The notes beneath the pieces were generated by a model. That model saw only the letters and a program-made list of their open reading frames with translations. It was not told where the DNA came from and made no database searches. From positions 91,930 through 155,929 of the forward strand of contig CAVZXA010000007.1 of the NCBI GenBank assembly GCA_963779175.1: a stretch of DNA of 64,000 nt, in the 5' to 3' direction. Source of the stretch: an uncultured Acidobacteriota bacterium. GTDB taxonomy: Bacteria; Acidobacteriota; Vicinamibacteria; Vicinamibacterales; UBA2999. The position numbers and the translations under genes were made by a program. Positions within the stretch are counted from its first letter, which is position 1. Each line of letters opens with the position of its first letter. Below are positions 54,469 to 64,000 of the stretch, one piece after another.

Positions 54469-57191
54469 TCGGCGAAGTAATCGGGTCGTACACGATCATC
54501 GCGAAGCTGGGCGAAGGCGGAATGGGGCAGGTGTTTCGCGCGCGCGACACCAAGCTGAATCGCGACGTGGCACTCAAGGTGCTGCCTGATTCGTTTGCCC
54601 ACGACCCGGAGCGCCTGGCGCGGTTCACGAGGGAAGCGCAAACGCTGGCGGCGCTGAATCACCCGCACATCGCGGCCATCTACGGCCTCGAAGAGTCACA
54701 CGGCGTCCGCGCCCTCGTGATGGAGCTGGTCGAGGGCGACGACCTGTCACAGCGCATCGCCCGTGGCGCGATCCCGCTTGATGAGGCGCTGCCGATCGCC
54801 AGGCAGATCGCCGAGGCGCTCGAAGCCGCGCACGAGCAAGGCATCATCCATCGCGATCTGAAACCCGCGAACATCAAGGTGCGGCCTGACGGCACCGTGA
54901 AGGTGCTGGACTTCGGTCTCGCCAAAGCGCTCGACGCGCACGCGTCGAGCGCGACGGCAGACGCGATGAACTCGCCCACGATTACCACACCCGCCATGAC
55001 GCAGGCCGGGATGATTCTTGGCACCGCGGCCTACATGAGCCCTGAGCAGGCGCGCGGGAAGGTCGTGGACAAGCGCACCGACGTGTTTGCGTTTGGCGCG
55101 GTGCTCTACGAGATGCTGGCCGGCGTGCGCCCGTTCGCGGGCGAAGACGCGACCGAGATGATTGCCGCGGTGGTGAAGTCGACGCCGGACTGGTCGGCGC
55201 TGCCCGCCGACGTGCCGCGTCCGCTCGTCACGCTCATCCAGCGGTGTCTCGAGAAAGACCGCAAGGCGCGGGTCGGCGACATCGCGGTGGCGCGCTTCCT
55301 GTTGGCGGACGCCGCCACGCTGGGTGCCTCGATGCCGGGCGTGGTATCACCCGCCGCGGTGCCCCGTTCGGGGTCGGCACGCGCGCTGCCGTGGGCCGTC
55401 GCTGGAGCCGCTCTGCTGACGGCCGGCGTGATGCTGACGCTATGGGCGCCGTGGCGCACGGACCCGCCGGTGGATCGGCCGCTGGTGCGACTGGACGTCG
55501 ACCTGGGCGCCGACGTGTCGTTGCCCGGGCCGAGTCAGGCCGGCAGCAGCGTCGCCATCTCGCCTGATGGCACGCGACTGGTCTACGCCTCCGGCACGCC
55601 GCCCAGACTTTTCATTCGCAGGCTCGATCAGCCGAATGCCGTGGAGCTTCCGGGCACGCAAGGCGCCACTGCGCCGTTCTTCTCTCCCGATGGTCAGTGG
55701 GTGGGCTTCGCTGCAGACCGCGGGATCAGCAAGATCGCCGTCGAGGGTGGAGCCGTCGTCCCGCTTGGAGACATCGCCACGTTCCGAGGCGCAAGTTGGG
55801 ACGGCGATGGCAGTGTGATCGTGGCCTCGGGTGTCGAGCTGCGGCGTGTTGGCACAAGCGGCACCCCATCGGCTCTCGCGACGCCAGGAGACGGCGAGCT
55901 TGGTTTGTTTGGGCCCCAGAGTCTGCCCGGCGGCACGGCGGTGCTGTTCTCGGTAGACAAGCAAGGCGACGTGAACCAGTCCACGATTCAGGTGTTGACC
56001 CTGGCCGATGGTCAGAGGAAAACCGTGATTCGTGGCGGCGCGTCGGGCCGGTATCTCGCCACGGCGGAAGGCGCCGGCCATCTCGTCTACCTCAACCAGT
56101 CCACCCTCTTTGCGGTGCCGTTCGATGTGACGACGCTCGAGGTGCGGGGGGACGCGGTGCCGATCCTCAACGACGTCGCGTCGGAAGACCTGGCGGGCCT
56201 CGGTCAATTCGATGTCTCCGAGGCGGGCACGCTGGTCTACCGGCGCGACAGTGGCCGCGGGTCAGCACTGAACACGCTGCAATGGGTTGACGCGACAGGC
56301 GGGAAGGAGTCGCTGCGCGCCGCACCGACCAGTTACCTGGGGCCACGCGTGTCGCCAGACGGCACACAGGTGGCACTGTTTACCGTGGGTCGGCAGGGCA
56401 CCGATGTGGTCATCTACGACGCGCAACGAGACGTGACGACACGACTGACCTCTACGAACCAGGACAACTGGCCGATCTGGAGTCCTGACGGACGTCACGT
56501 CGTGTTCCGGCGCAACGGCGTCGGACTGCTCCAGGCGCGTGCCGATGGTGCACGTCAGCCGCAGGTGCTCGTTCCCGCCAATGCCGGGCTGTCGAGTGGG
56601 TCGTTCACGCCCGATGGCCGGCGGCTGGCCTACACGTCGATGGCTACCCGCACGCAGCAGATCTGGACCGTGCCAATCGAAGACCGCGGCGGCGAGTTAC
56701 ACGCGGGAACGCCTGAGCGGTTTCTCGCGAGCCAGTTCGTCGATACGCAGCCGGCGTTCTCGCCCGACGGGCGTTGGCTGGCCTATGTGTCGAACGAGTC
56801 AGGCACGGAGGAGGTCTACGTGCGCCCGTTTCCTCCGCCAGTGTCCGGACAGGGCAGCCGGTGGCAGATCTCGAACACCGGCGGCAGGACGCCGCTCTGG
56901 TCGCGGAGTGGGCACGAGTTGATGTACCAGGCGGGCGATCAAATCATGGCGGTGAGCTACGCCGCGAGCGGGGACGCGTTCGTGGCGAATAGGCCACGGG
57001 TGTGGATCGCCGCGCTCGGCGCGGCCAACACGCGCACCACTATTGCCAGCATGTGGGACCTGGCACCGGACGGCATGCGCGTGCTGGCTGTGACGCCAGC
57101 GGCGGCAGAGCCGACGAAGGCGGAGCACCACGTCGTGTTCCTGCAAAACTTCTTCGACGAGCTGCGCCGGAAGGTGCCGCTAGGGAAGTAG
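54462..57191 (+). CDS. K8: Ser/Thr kinase - TM - TolB/PD40 propeller paralog, intact (909 aa)
   Basis: ATG 54462 begins MVIGEVIGSYTIIAKLGEGGMGQVF. The kinase domain is almost identical to K6, while the sensor part differs. It ends VFLQNFFDELRRKVPLGK. Confidence 0.92.
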   Translation: MVIGEVIGSYTIIAKLGEGGMGQVFRARDTKLNRDVALKVLPDSFAHDPERLARFTREAQTLAALNHPHIAAIYGLEESHGVRALVMELVEGDDLSQRIARGAIPLDEALPIARQIAEALEAAHEQGIIHRDLKPANIKVRPDGTVKVLDFGLAKALDAHASSATADAMNSPTITTPAMTQAGMILGTAAYMSPEQARGKVVDKRTDVFAFGAVLYEMLAGVRPFAGEDATEMIAAVVKSTPDWSALPADVPRPLVTLIQRCLEKDRKARVGDIAVARFLLADAATLGASMPGVVSPAAVPRSGSARALPWAVAGAALLTAGVMLTLWAPWRTDPPVDRPLVRLDVDLGADVSLPGPSQAGSSVAISPDGTRLVYASGTPPRLFIRRLDQPNAVELPGTQGATAPFFSPDGQWVGFAADRGISKIAVEGGAVVPLGDIATFRGASWDGDGSVIVASGVELRRVGTSGTPSALATPGDGELGLFGPQSLPGGTAVLFSVDKQGDVNQSTIQVLTLADGQRKTVIRGGASGRYLATAEGAGHLVYLNQSTLFAVPFDVTTLEVRGDAVPILNDVASEDLAGLGQFDVSEAGTLVYRRDSGRGSALNTLQWVDATGGKESLRAAPTSYLGPRVSPDGTQVALFTVGRQGTDVVIYDAQRDVTTRLTSTNQDNWPIWSPDGRHVVFRRNGVGLLQARADGARQPQVLVPANAGLSSGSFTPDGRRLAYTSMATRTQQIWTVPIEDRGGELHAGTPERFLASQFVDTQPAFSPDGRWLAYVSNESGTEEVYVRPFPPPVSGQGSRWQISNTGGRTPLWSRSGHELMYQAGDQIMAVSYAASGDAFVANRPRVWIAALGAANTRTTIASMWDLAPDGMRVLAVTPAAAEPTKAEHHVVFLQNFFDELRRKVPLGK

Positions 57192-57222
57192 CCTGCCCCT
57201 CACCCGGCCGCACGCCCCAGGA

Positions 57223-57627
57223 TCAGTCCAGGAAGTCGTAGGGCACGCGCACGCGGTCGTAGGTGATCCGCGCTCGCTGATCCCGCGTCACAAGGGTGGC
57301 GCCAGCATGTAGGACTGTGGCCGCGATCAGCGCATCGTAGATGGCGCCGCCAGTGAGCCCCTCGCGGCTTGCCATCTCGATGAGCCCCATGTACCCCCGC
57401 GCCGGCAGCATCAGGGGCGCGTCGCCAAATCGCGCTGCCAGAAACGCCTGCACCACATCCGCGGGCGCCCGATGCGGGGGCGGCAGTCGGGTCAGCACCG
57501 AGAACGTCTCAATCACGACGTGCGCGGGAATCCGCGGCGCTCGTGCGAGCACCGCCGCTGCCGAGGCGTGCCCCTCGTGCCAGCTGGCAAAGGCCGCCAC
57601 CACCACGCTCGTATCGACGGCGATCAC
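57223..57627 (-). CDS. vapC: PIN-domain toxin VapC
   Basis: 134-aa ORF: MIAVDTSVVVA.. then ..GGAIYDALIAATVLHAGATLVTRDQRA. It has a 4-bp overlap with the upstream antitoxin. Confidence 0.85.
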   Translation of the reverse strand: MIAVDTSVVVAAFASWHEGHASAAAVLARAPRIPAHVVIETFSVLTRLPPPHRAPADVVQAFLAARFGDAPLMLPARGYMGLIEMASREGLTGGAIYDALIAATVLHAGATLVTRDQRARITYDRVRVPYDFLD

Positions 57628-57890
57628 CGCCGTGTTCCCTCGAGTGCGGCTCGAACCATGGCGTCGGTCAGTGGCGGCAGGGGCTCCTCCGGAACGGCCA
57701 CCAGGCCACTGCCTCGTTGCTCGAGAGACATCACCGTGGCCACCGGCTCGATCTCCAGCAGCCCGTCGCGTTCGCGAATCTCGACCACTTTGCCGGCCTC
57801 GAGTCCCAGCCGCGTGCGAATGGCTTTTGGAATGACAATTCTCCCGGCGCCATCGATGGTGGTTTGCATGGCATTATTATGCCATTTCAA
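57624..57890 (-). CDS. vapB: AbrB/SpoVT-type antitoxin VapB
   Basis: ..IDGAGRIVIPKAIRTRLGLEAGKVVEI.. is a swapped-hairpin motif. The true start may be the MQTTIDG Met at 57869. Confidence 0.8.
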   Translation of the reverse strand: MKWHNNAMQTTIDGAGRIVIPKAIRTRLGLEAGKVVEIRERDGLLEIEPVATVMSLEQRGSGLVAVPEEPLPPLTDAMVRAALEGTRR

Positions 57891-57934
57891 TGTGGTTCCA
57901 GTGCCCGGTGGCCCGGATCGCGACTACCCCGCGG

Positions 57935-57963
57935 TTGACGGCCGTTTCGTCGGCACCTAGAAT
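57935..57963 (+). promoter_or_regulatory. Sigma70-like promoter TTGACG-N17-TAGAAT for the second RHH-PIN operon
   Basis: ttgacggccgtttcgtcggcacctagaat, followed by direct repeats CGTGCTG..CACGTG..CGTGCTG as a possible operator. Confidence 0.5.
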
Positions 57964-58003
57964 CGTGCTGCACGTGAACGACGTGCTGCCCCAAAGGCCT
58001 GCT

Positions 58004-58237
58004 ATGAAGACCAACGTGACGCTCAAGCTGGACGTCGATCTGCTCCGCGAGGCTCGCGTCGTGGCGGCCGAAGAGGGGCGGTCGATCAGCGGATTGCTGA
58101 CGGACCGGCTCGAGGCCATCGTCCGTGAGCGGAAGGCCTTCGACAAGGCCCGGCGCCGGGCGCTCGCGCGGCTGCGCGAAGGCCTCGACCTGCAGTGGAC
58201 CCCGCCCATGTCGCGCGACCAGCTCCATGAGCGATAA
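58004..58237 (+). CDS. Ribbon-helix-helix-type antitoxin
   Basis: ATG 58004 begins MKTNVTLKLDVDLLREARVVAAEEGRSISGLLTDRLEAIV... It overlaps the PIN gene by 11 nt. Confidence 0.75.
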   Translation: MKTNVTLKLDVDLLREARVVAAEEGRSISGLLTDRLEAIVRERKAFDKARRRALARLREGLDLQWTPPMSRDQLHER

Positions 58238-58655
58238 GTGTTTCGTCGACACCAACATCCTGATGTACGCCCACGACGCCGACGCGGGTGAGAAGCACGA
58301 ACGCGCCCGGGCCTTGGTCGAAGAGCTGTGGCGGGATCGGACCGGCGTGGTGAGCACACAGGTGCTGCAGGAACTCGTCGTGAACCTGCGGCGCAAGGCG
58401 GCAAGGCCGCTCGACCCCGCGGCAGCGCGGGACGTCGTCGTCGACTACCTGGCGTGGCAGGTCGTGGTGAATACCGGTGAGTCGATCCTCCACGCGCTCG
58501 ACCTCGAGCAGCGGTACCACATTTCGTTCTGGGACGCGCTCATCGTCCACGCTGCGGACGTGTCCGGTGCGTCCGTGCTGTATTCCGAGGACCTGTCCAG
58601 CGGCCAGCGCTACGGTGCGGTCACGGTCGTCAACCCGTTGATTCCGACCGCATAG
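58227..58655 (+). CDS. PIN-domain toxin (VapC-like)
   Basis: ATG 58227 begins MSDKCFVDTNILMYAHD.., then ..STQVLQELV.., FWDALIVHAA and LYSEDL. The PIN acidic residues are present. Confidence 0.85.
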   Translation: MSDKCFVDTNILMYAHDADAGEKHERARALVEELWRDRTGVVSTQVLQELVVNLRRKAARPLDPAAARDVVVDYLAWQVVVNTGESILHALDLEQRYHISFWDALIVHAADVSGASVLYSEDLSSGQRYGAVTVVNPLIPTA

Positions 58656-58659
58656 GCAC

Positions 58660-61289
58660 TTGACGCTCGCTCCTGGCACTCGTCTCGGCGTCTACGAAGT
58701 GATCGCTCCCATCGGCGCCGGGGGCATGGGCGAGGTGTACCGGGCGCGCGACACCCGGCCCGAACTGGCGCGCGAGGTGGCCATCAAGACCCTCGCGGGC
58801 GTGGCCGCCGACCCCGAGCGGCGCCGCCGCTTCGAACTCGAGGCGCGGGCCACGGGCGCGCTGAACCATCCCAACATCCTCGCCATCTACGATGTGGGTA
58901 GCCACGACGACTCGCTCTATCTGGTCGAGGAGCTGCTTGACGGCACCACGCTGCGCGATCCGCTCGAGCGGGGCGCGCTCGCGCCGCGCAAGGCCGTGGA
59001 GTACGCCCGCGCCATCGCGCAAGGCCTGGCCGCGGCGCACGCCAAGGGCATCACGCACAGGGATCTCAAGCCCGAGAACGTGATGATCACCGCCGATGGG
59101 CGTTTGAAGATTCTCGACTTCGGCTTGGCCAAACTGCACGAGCCGTCGAGGAGTTCAGACGCCGCGACCACCGCGCACCAGACCGACGCCGGCACCGTGC
59201 TGGGCACCGTGGCCTACATGTCGCCCGAACAGGTGCGCGGACAGTCCGTCGATCCGCGCTCCGACATCTTCAGCCTCGGCGTCGTGCTCTACGAGATGCT
59301 GGCGGGTGCGCGGCCGTTCGTTGGCCCGACCTCACAAGACACGCTCGCGGCGATTCTGAACGCCGAACCGGCGGATCTGCCGATGGCCGAGCGCGCCATT
59401 CCGCCCGCGCTGGAGCGTGTAGTGCGGCGCTGCCTCGAGAAGCAGCCCGAGCAGCGGTTCCAGTCGGCCAGCGACCTCGCGTTCGCGCTCGAGGCGCTAT
59501 CGTCGCTGTCGACTTCGTCATCGGCGTCCGGACCCGCCATGGCTGCGGCCGCGCCGCAGAACCGGCTGTGGGACCGCGCCGGGTGGCTCGTGGCCGCACT
59601 CGCGTCGGTGGCGGCCATCGGGTTCGCCGTGGCCCCGCGCCGGGCGGCGCCGGAGGAGACGGATCCGGCGTCCATCCACTTCACGCAGCCCGTCGTGACT
59701 CTGCCGGTCACCACGGGAGCTCTGCCAGTTCCCGCGATATCCCCTGATGGGCGGCATCTCGCCTATGCAGCACCCAGGGGGCAGGGCGGAGCCGTCTTCC
59801 TGTGGGTCCGCTCGTTCGACGACGTGGACGCCAGGGTCATCGAGGGCACGGACGGCGCGCTTTACCCCTTCTGGTCTCCCGACTCGCGCTCGGTGGGGTT
59901 CTTTTCTGCAGACAGGCTGAAGGTGGTGTCGCGGGACGGTTCGCGGCTTCGCGAGTTGTGCGCCGTTTCCCAGGGCAGACGGGGCACGTGGGGTGCCGAC
60001 GATGTGATCCTCGTCAGCACGAATTCGAACCCACGCATCCTGCGGGTCTCGTCGAGCGGAGGCGAGCCCACGGCGATCACCACCCCGGACGTCGCGCAGG
60101 GCGAGCGTCGGCATGGTCAGCCAGCGTTTCTGCCTGACAGCCGGCGCTTTTTGTACCTGAGCCAGACCGACCAGGGCAGCTCGGTGATGGTGGCCTCGCT
60201 CGACGGCGGCCCGGCGGTGCGACTCGTGGCGTCCACCACGGTCGCGCAGGTCCTCGAAGGGGCACCTGCTCTACCTGAGTGGCACGACGCTCACGGCGCA
60301 GCCATTCGATCCCGATACGCTTCGTCTCGGTGCCCAGGCCGTGTCGGTCACCGCCGACGTGAAGATTGAGCCGCAAAATGGCGAGGCGGCGTTCTCGGCC
60401 TCGGAATCCGGCACGCTGGTCTACATGGCCGGCACATCCCCGACATTCGAAATGTCGTGGTTCGATCGCGTGGGTCGCAAAGGGGTAGCCGTGGGCGAAC
60501 CAGGGCCGTGGACCCAGATGGCGCTCTCCCTGGACGACCGGCAGCTCGCCGTGCAGCGCGGCGGCACGGTGGTTGGCGAACTCTGGCTGTTCGACGTCGT
60601 GCGCTCCGTGTCGTCCAGGTTCACCACTGACGGCGGCAACCATGGACCCGTGTGGTCGCCGGACGGCAAGACGCTCGCCTTCCGCAACAACCGCAGAACC
60701 GTGAACGAGGTGTTCCGTAAGCCGCTCGGCGGTGACGACGCGGTGGCGTGGAACGGGATTCCCGCCGAACGTCTCGAGGACTGGTCGCGGGATGGGCGCT
60801 ACCTCCTGATGGGCCGGATCACTGGCGGCCTGCTGGTCGTGCCGACGACTGGTCAGGCCACTGTGGTGGACGCGTCCGCGGCGAACACCGATGAATCACA
60901 GTTCTCACCGGATGGCCGCTGGATCTCGTACCTACTCTGCGGTCTCGGGTCGCAGCGAGATCTACCTGCAGCCGTTTCCGGGCCCTGGCGAGCGCGTCAC
61001 CGTGTCGTCGAGCGGCGGCGTTCAGGCCAAGTGGCGCGGGGACGGGAAGGAACTCTTCTATCTCACGCCTGAGGGCACGATGATGTCGGTCGAGGTGCGG
61101 CCCGGGGCGCGGCTCGACCTCGGCACGCCGAGGCCGCTCTTCACGACCAGACTGCGCCCAAACATCTCTTCGGATCAGTTCGTCGTGACGGCCGACGGTC
61201 AGCGGTTCATCGTCATGGAACCGCCAGCTGACGCACAACTCGACGCCTTCACGATCGTGACGAACTGGACGACGCTGCTGAAGAAGTAG
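58660..61289 (+). pseudogene. K9: divergent Ser/Thr kinase - TM - TolB/PD40 propeller paralog, two apparent frame breaks
   Basis: The TTG start is 4 nt after the PIN stop. Motifs: GAGGMGEVY, HRDLKPENVMI, DFGLAK, GTVAYMSPEQ. The breaks are near 60250-60262 and 60928-60934. The pieces are ORFs 58660.., 60341.. and 60891..61289. Confidence 0.85.
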
Positions 61290-62303
61290 TTACCGCTGTA
61301 CGGGAGACCAGGTGACGCCGTCGGGGCTGTTCTGCACCTCCACTCGCGCCAGCGTCTGGCCGGTCGTAAGATCCAGCACCAGCATCGAGTTGTCGTTGCG
61401 CACGGTCACGAACGCGTGCCGGTTGTCGGGATGCGGGAACACCCCAGCGGTGGAGGGCTTCTCGATCTTCGTCATCCCGAGCGGGATGGACTTCAGGATG
61501 GTCTGCGTGGCCACGTCGGCGACGACCAGGGACGACGCGTTGGCGTGCGGCACGAGCGCACGCGTGCCGTCGGGCGTGAACTGCACGCGGTAGGGGAAGC
61601 CGGGGGACGCGATGCGCTTCACCACTTCGAGCGAGCGCGTGTCGATGATCGAGATCGAATCTTCGGCGCGGTTACCGGCCCACACCCACCGCCCATCGGG
61701 CGTCACGCCCACACCTTCGGCCTCCTTGCCGGTCGGCACGTCCTTGATCTTGGCGCCGGTGGCGAAGTCGAACGCGGTGATGCTGCCGTCGCGCATGTTG
61801 GAGCAGTAGAGCCGCGTGCGATCGGTGGAGAGCGCCAGCATGTGCGACACGGCCAGCCCGGTCTTGAACACGCGCTCGACGGCGCCGCTTGTTACGTTCA
61901 CGAGCAGCAGGGCCTGGCTGCCTTCTACGGTGACGACCACGCGCGAGGCGTCGACCCAGCGGACGTCGTGCGGCGCGCGGTAGTCGCCGAGGTCGATGGT
62001 CTTCACGGTGTCGCCGCTCGGCAGCGCCAGCAGGCTGAGTGTCTTCTGCTGACCCACGCCCTGCTTGTTGTAGTTGGTCACGAGCACCAGGCGTCCATCG
62101 GGCGACACGGCGGCTTCGTGCGGGCCTCCCACCACCGGCACATGACGATAGGCCGTCAGCGTCGCGAGATCGATGAGCGTCACCGAGTCGGACTGCTGGT
62201 TGACGACCACGACCGTGCCGCGCACGGACACCGCCGGCTGGCTGCGGATGGGCTGCAGCGTGAGGGTGGCCAGCAGCAGGATGGCGGGGAATGCGGCGCG
62301 CAT
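61290..62303 (-). CDS. Secreted YVTN/lactonase-type beta-propeller repeat protein
   Basis: 337-aa ORF with a signal peptide and repeated ~40-aa units with (V/F)(S/T)PDG(R/T). Its stop directly abuts the K9 stop. Confidence 0.75.
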   Translation of the reverse strand: MRAAFPAILLLATLTLQPIRSQPAVSVRGTVVVVNQQSDSVTLIDLATLTAYRHVPVVGGPHEAAVSPDGRLVLVTNYNKQGVGQQKTLSLLALPSGDTVKTIDLGDYRAPHDVRWVDASRVVVTVEGSQALLLVNVTSGAVERVFKTGLAVSHMLALSTDRTRLYCSNMRDGSITAFDFATGAKIKDVPTGKEAEGVGVTPDGRWVWAGNRAEDSISIIDTRSLEVVKRIASPGFPYRVQFTPDGTRALVPHANASSLVVADVATQTILKSIPLGMTKIEKPSTAGVFPHPDNRHAFVTVRNDNSMLVLDLTTGQTLARVEVQNSPDGVTWSPVQR

Positions 62304-62415
62304 GTGCTCACCCTAGCGGCCTCGCCCGCTCGCGGCAAGGGGGATGTCGGCCGCGGCCGGCGAAACGGCCATACGATCCGAGGCGTCCAAACGACGAACC
62401 CTTTCGAGGAGTGAC

Positions 62416-63366
62416 ATGACAGACAAGAAGATCATCGCGGTCGTCGGCGCCACCGGCGCCCAGGGTGGGGGCCTCGTGCGGGCCATTCTGGCCGACCCGC
62501 AGGGCGGCTTCACCGCGCGCGCGATCACCCGCAACCCCGATTCCGACGCCGCAAAAGCGCTGGCGGCCGCCGGCGCCGAGGTCGTGGCGGGGGATGTCGA
62601 CGACGCGGCCAGCCTCGAGCGTGCCTTCGCCGGCGCCTACGGCGCCTACTGCGTCACGTTCTTCTGGGACCACTTCTCGCCCGAGAAGGAGCAGGCCCAG
62701 GCGAAGCACATGGCCGACGCCGCCAGGACTGCGGGGCTGCAGCACGTCATCTGGTCCACGCTCGAAGACACGCGCCACTGGATGCCCAAGGGCGACAACC
62801 GCATGCCCACCCTGATGGGCAAGTACAAGGTGCCGCACTTCGACGCCAAGGGCGAGAGCGATCGGTTCTTCACCGACGCCGGCGTGCCCACGACGTTCCT
62901 GCTGGCCTCCTTCTATTGGGACAACCTCGTCGGCTTCGGCGCCGGCCCCAAGCGGGATGCCGAGGGCCTGCTCCAGTTCACGCTGCCGATCGGTGACGTG
63001 CCGATGGCGGGCATCGCCGCCGAAGACATCGGGCGCTGCGCCTACGGCATCTTCCAGCGCGGCAGCGAGTTCATCGGCGCCCGTGTCGGCGTGGCCGGCG
63101 AACATCTGACCGGCGCCGAGATGGCTGAGGCCATGACCCACGCGATCGGCCAGCCGGTGCACTACAACGCCGTCACCCCCGCCGCCTACCGCGCCTTCGG
63201 GTTTCCAGGCGCCGAAGATCTGGGCAACATGTTCCAGTTCTATCGCGACTTCGAGCCCGACGTGAACGGCATCCGCAACGTCGCGCGCTCACGGTCCCTG
63301 AACCCGGCGCTGCAGTCGTTCGACGCCTGGCTCAGCGCCAACGCCAGGCGCATCCCGCTTGGCTAG
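62416..63366 (+). CDS. NmrA-family NAD(P)-binding protein
   Basis: ATG 62416 follows GAGGAG. It has Rossmann motif KKIIAVVGATGAQGG and an NmrA-like body (..VPHFDAKGE..). Confidence 0.85.
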   Translation: MTDKKIIAVVGATGAQGGGLVRAILADPQGGFTARAITRNPDSDAAKALAAAGAEVVAGDVDDAASLERAFAGAYGAYCVTFFWDHFSPEKEQAQAKHMADAARTAGLQHVIWSTLEDTRHWMPKGDNRMPTLMGKYKVPHFDAKGESDRFFTDAGVPTTFLLASFYWDNLVGFGAGPKRDAEGLLQFTLPIGDVPMAGIAAEDIGRCAYGIFQRGSEFIGARVGVAGEHLTGAEMAEAMTHAIGQPVHYNAVTPAAYRAFGFPGAEDLGNMFQFYRDFEPDVNGIRNVARSRSLNPALQSFDAWLSANARRIPLG

Positions 63367-63378
63367 CGGCGGCGATGG

Positions 63379-64000
63379 TCACGGCCGCGGGGGCTCGTGG
63401 AAGAGTCCCTGCGGCGGTGGCGCGTAGATGCCGTCCACGCGGCCGTCGCGGGCCCAGACGGCGCCGGCTGGCGGGTGCACGTAGGTCGGCTCGCTGCTGG
63501 TGCGGGCGCGGGCGAGCAGTTCCGGCAGATAGGCGGGATCGATCCGGAACCGTTCGGCCAACAGGCCGGCGCTCTCGCGGTTCACCAGCATCTTGGTGAC
63601 CTCGCCGCTCGGGCGGCCGTGTGCGACCGGCAGGGCCACCATCCAGCCGCTGTGACGTCCCTGCAGCATCCACACCGGCGGCGGTTCACCGTGGGCAGAC
63701 CGCTCGAGGAAGATCTCGTAGGGCGGGTTGTAGAGCGCCGGCGCGTCCTGCATCACCCGGCGGGCAATGGCGCGATGCTCGAGCCAGTTGGCCGGGCCCG
63801 GCGGATCGAACAGCAGGATGGCGCCCGAGGTGACGACCGCCGCACCAACAATCAGTCGCCGCGCGCGTCCCTCCCACGCTTCGAGGATCAGCCACGCCAG
63901 GATCGGCAGCATCCAGACCAGGTAGCGATGCATGCCGCGGCCGTCGGAGTTCCAGTTCACCTGCACCTGCACCGCGGCCAGCAGCCCGGCCAGGGCGAGG
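63379..64000 (-). CDS. Hypothetical membrane protein, C-terminal part (gene runs off the window)
   Basis: The reading frame is open to the window end. It has hydrophobic segments near 63830-63960 and no recognisable motif. Confidence 0.4.
   Translation of the reverse strand, partial: LALAGLLAAVQVQVNWNSDGRGMHRYLVWMLPILAWLILEAWEGRARRLIVGAAVVTSGAILLFDPPGPANWLEHRAIARRVMQDAPALYNPPYEIFLERSAHGEPPPVWMLQGRHSGWMVALPVAHGRPSGEVTKMLVNRESAGLLAERFRIDPAYLPELLARARTSSEPTYVHPPAGAVWARDGRVDGIYAPPPQGLFHEPPRP

Noticed and set aside
7585-60934. Programmed ribosomal frameshifting as an explanation for the many frame breaks
   Set aside because: The break sites share no slippery heptamer or downstream pseudoknot pattern. 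They occur in unrelated gene families and often sit in CCGGG-type runs. Indel errors or mutations are more plausible.
29215-61289. Integron-like cassette array hypothesis for the TA modules
   Set aside because: I could recognise no intI-type integrase, no attI site and no attC-like imperfect inverted repeats at cassette ends. The cassettes also have their own promoters and operators and mixed orientations.

Overview
Very GC-rich bacterial chromosomal segment. Gene content looks like a soil Acidobacteriota-type organism, but that is only a guess. I found no rRNA, tRNA, CRISPR array, transposase or integrase.

Positions 1-29 kb hold ordinary metabolic and envelope genes: a DapA-like aldolase, an SDR, an MltB-like transglycosylase, ferritin, PanE, an amidohydrolase/PAP2/DUF885-like operon, tandem M20 peptidases, MacB-type and ABC-2-type transporters, GNATs, a HupE/MBL operon, an M19 dipeptidase, an HD-domain protein and FtsH.

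Positions 29-61 kb hold an unusual accessory-looking region. It is a co-oriented array of eight full-length Hanks-type Ser/Thr kinase - TM - TolB/PD40 propeller receptor paralogs (K1-K3, K5-K9). Three are intact, four have 1-2 frame breaks, and one is heavily decayed. There is also a 5' kinase fragment (K4) and orphan N-terminal stubs. These are interleaved with seven toxin-antitoxin-like modules (MntA/HepT, HigBA, a small-protein/wHTH pair, two RHH-PIN pairs, RHH-MazF, VapBC) and three copies of a 208-aa minimal nucleotidyltransferase.

Other notable points:
- A 128-bp hairpin-rich insertion flanked by an 11-bp direct repeat splits the kinase N-terminus in three paralogs, with an apparent empty site in a fourth.
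- TATAAT-N6-GTG leaderless-type promoters sit in front of the kinases.
- In-frame SGQA-type repeat insertions occur in a kinase loop.
- Heptamer CTAGCGG arrays overlap stop codons and give stops in all six frames.

Major caveat: single-base frame breaks occur about every 3-4 kb, including in ftsH. Many apparent pseudogenes may therefore be assembly indels. All coordinates and similarities were judged by eye from the sequence and ORF track, and no searches were run.
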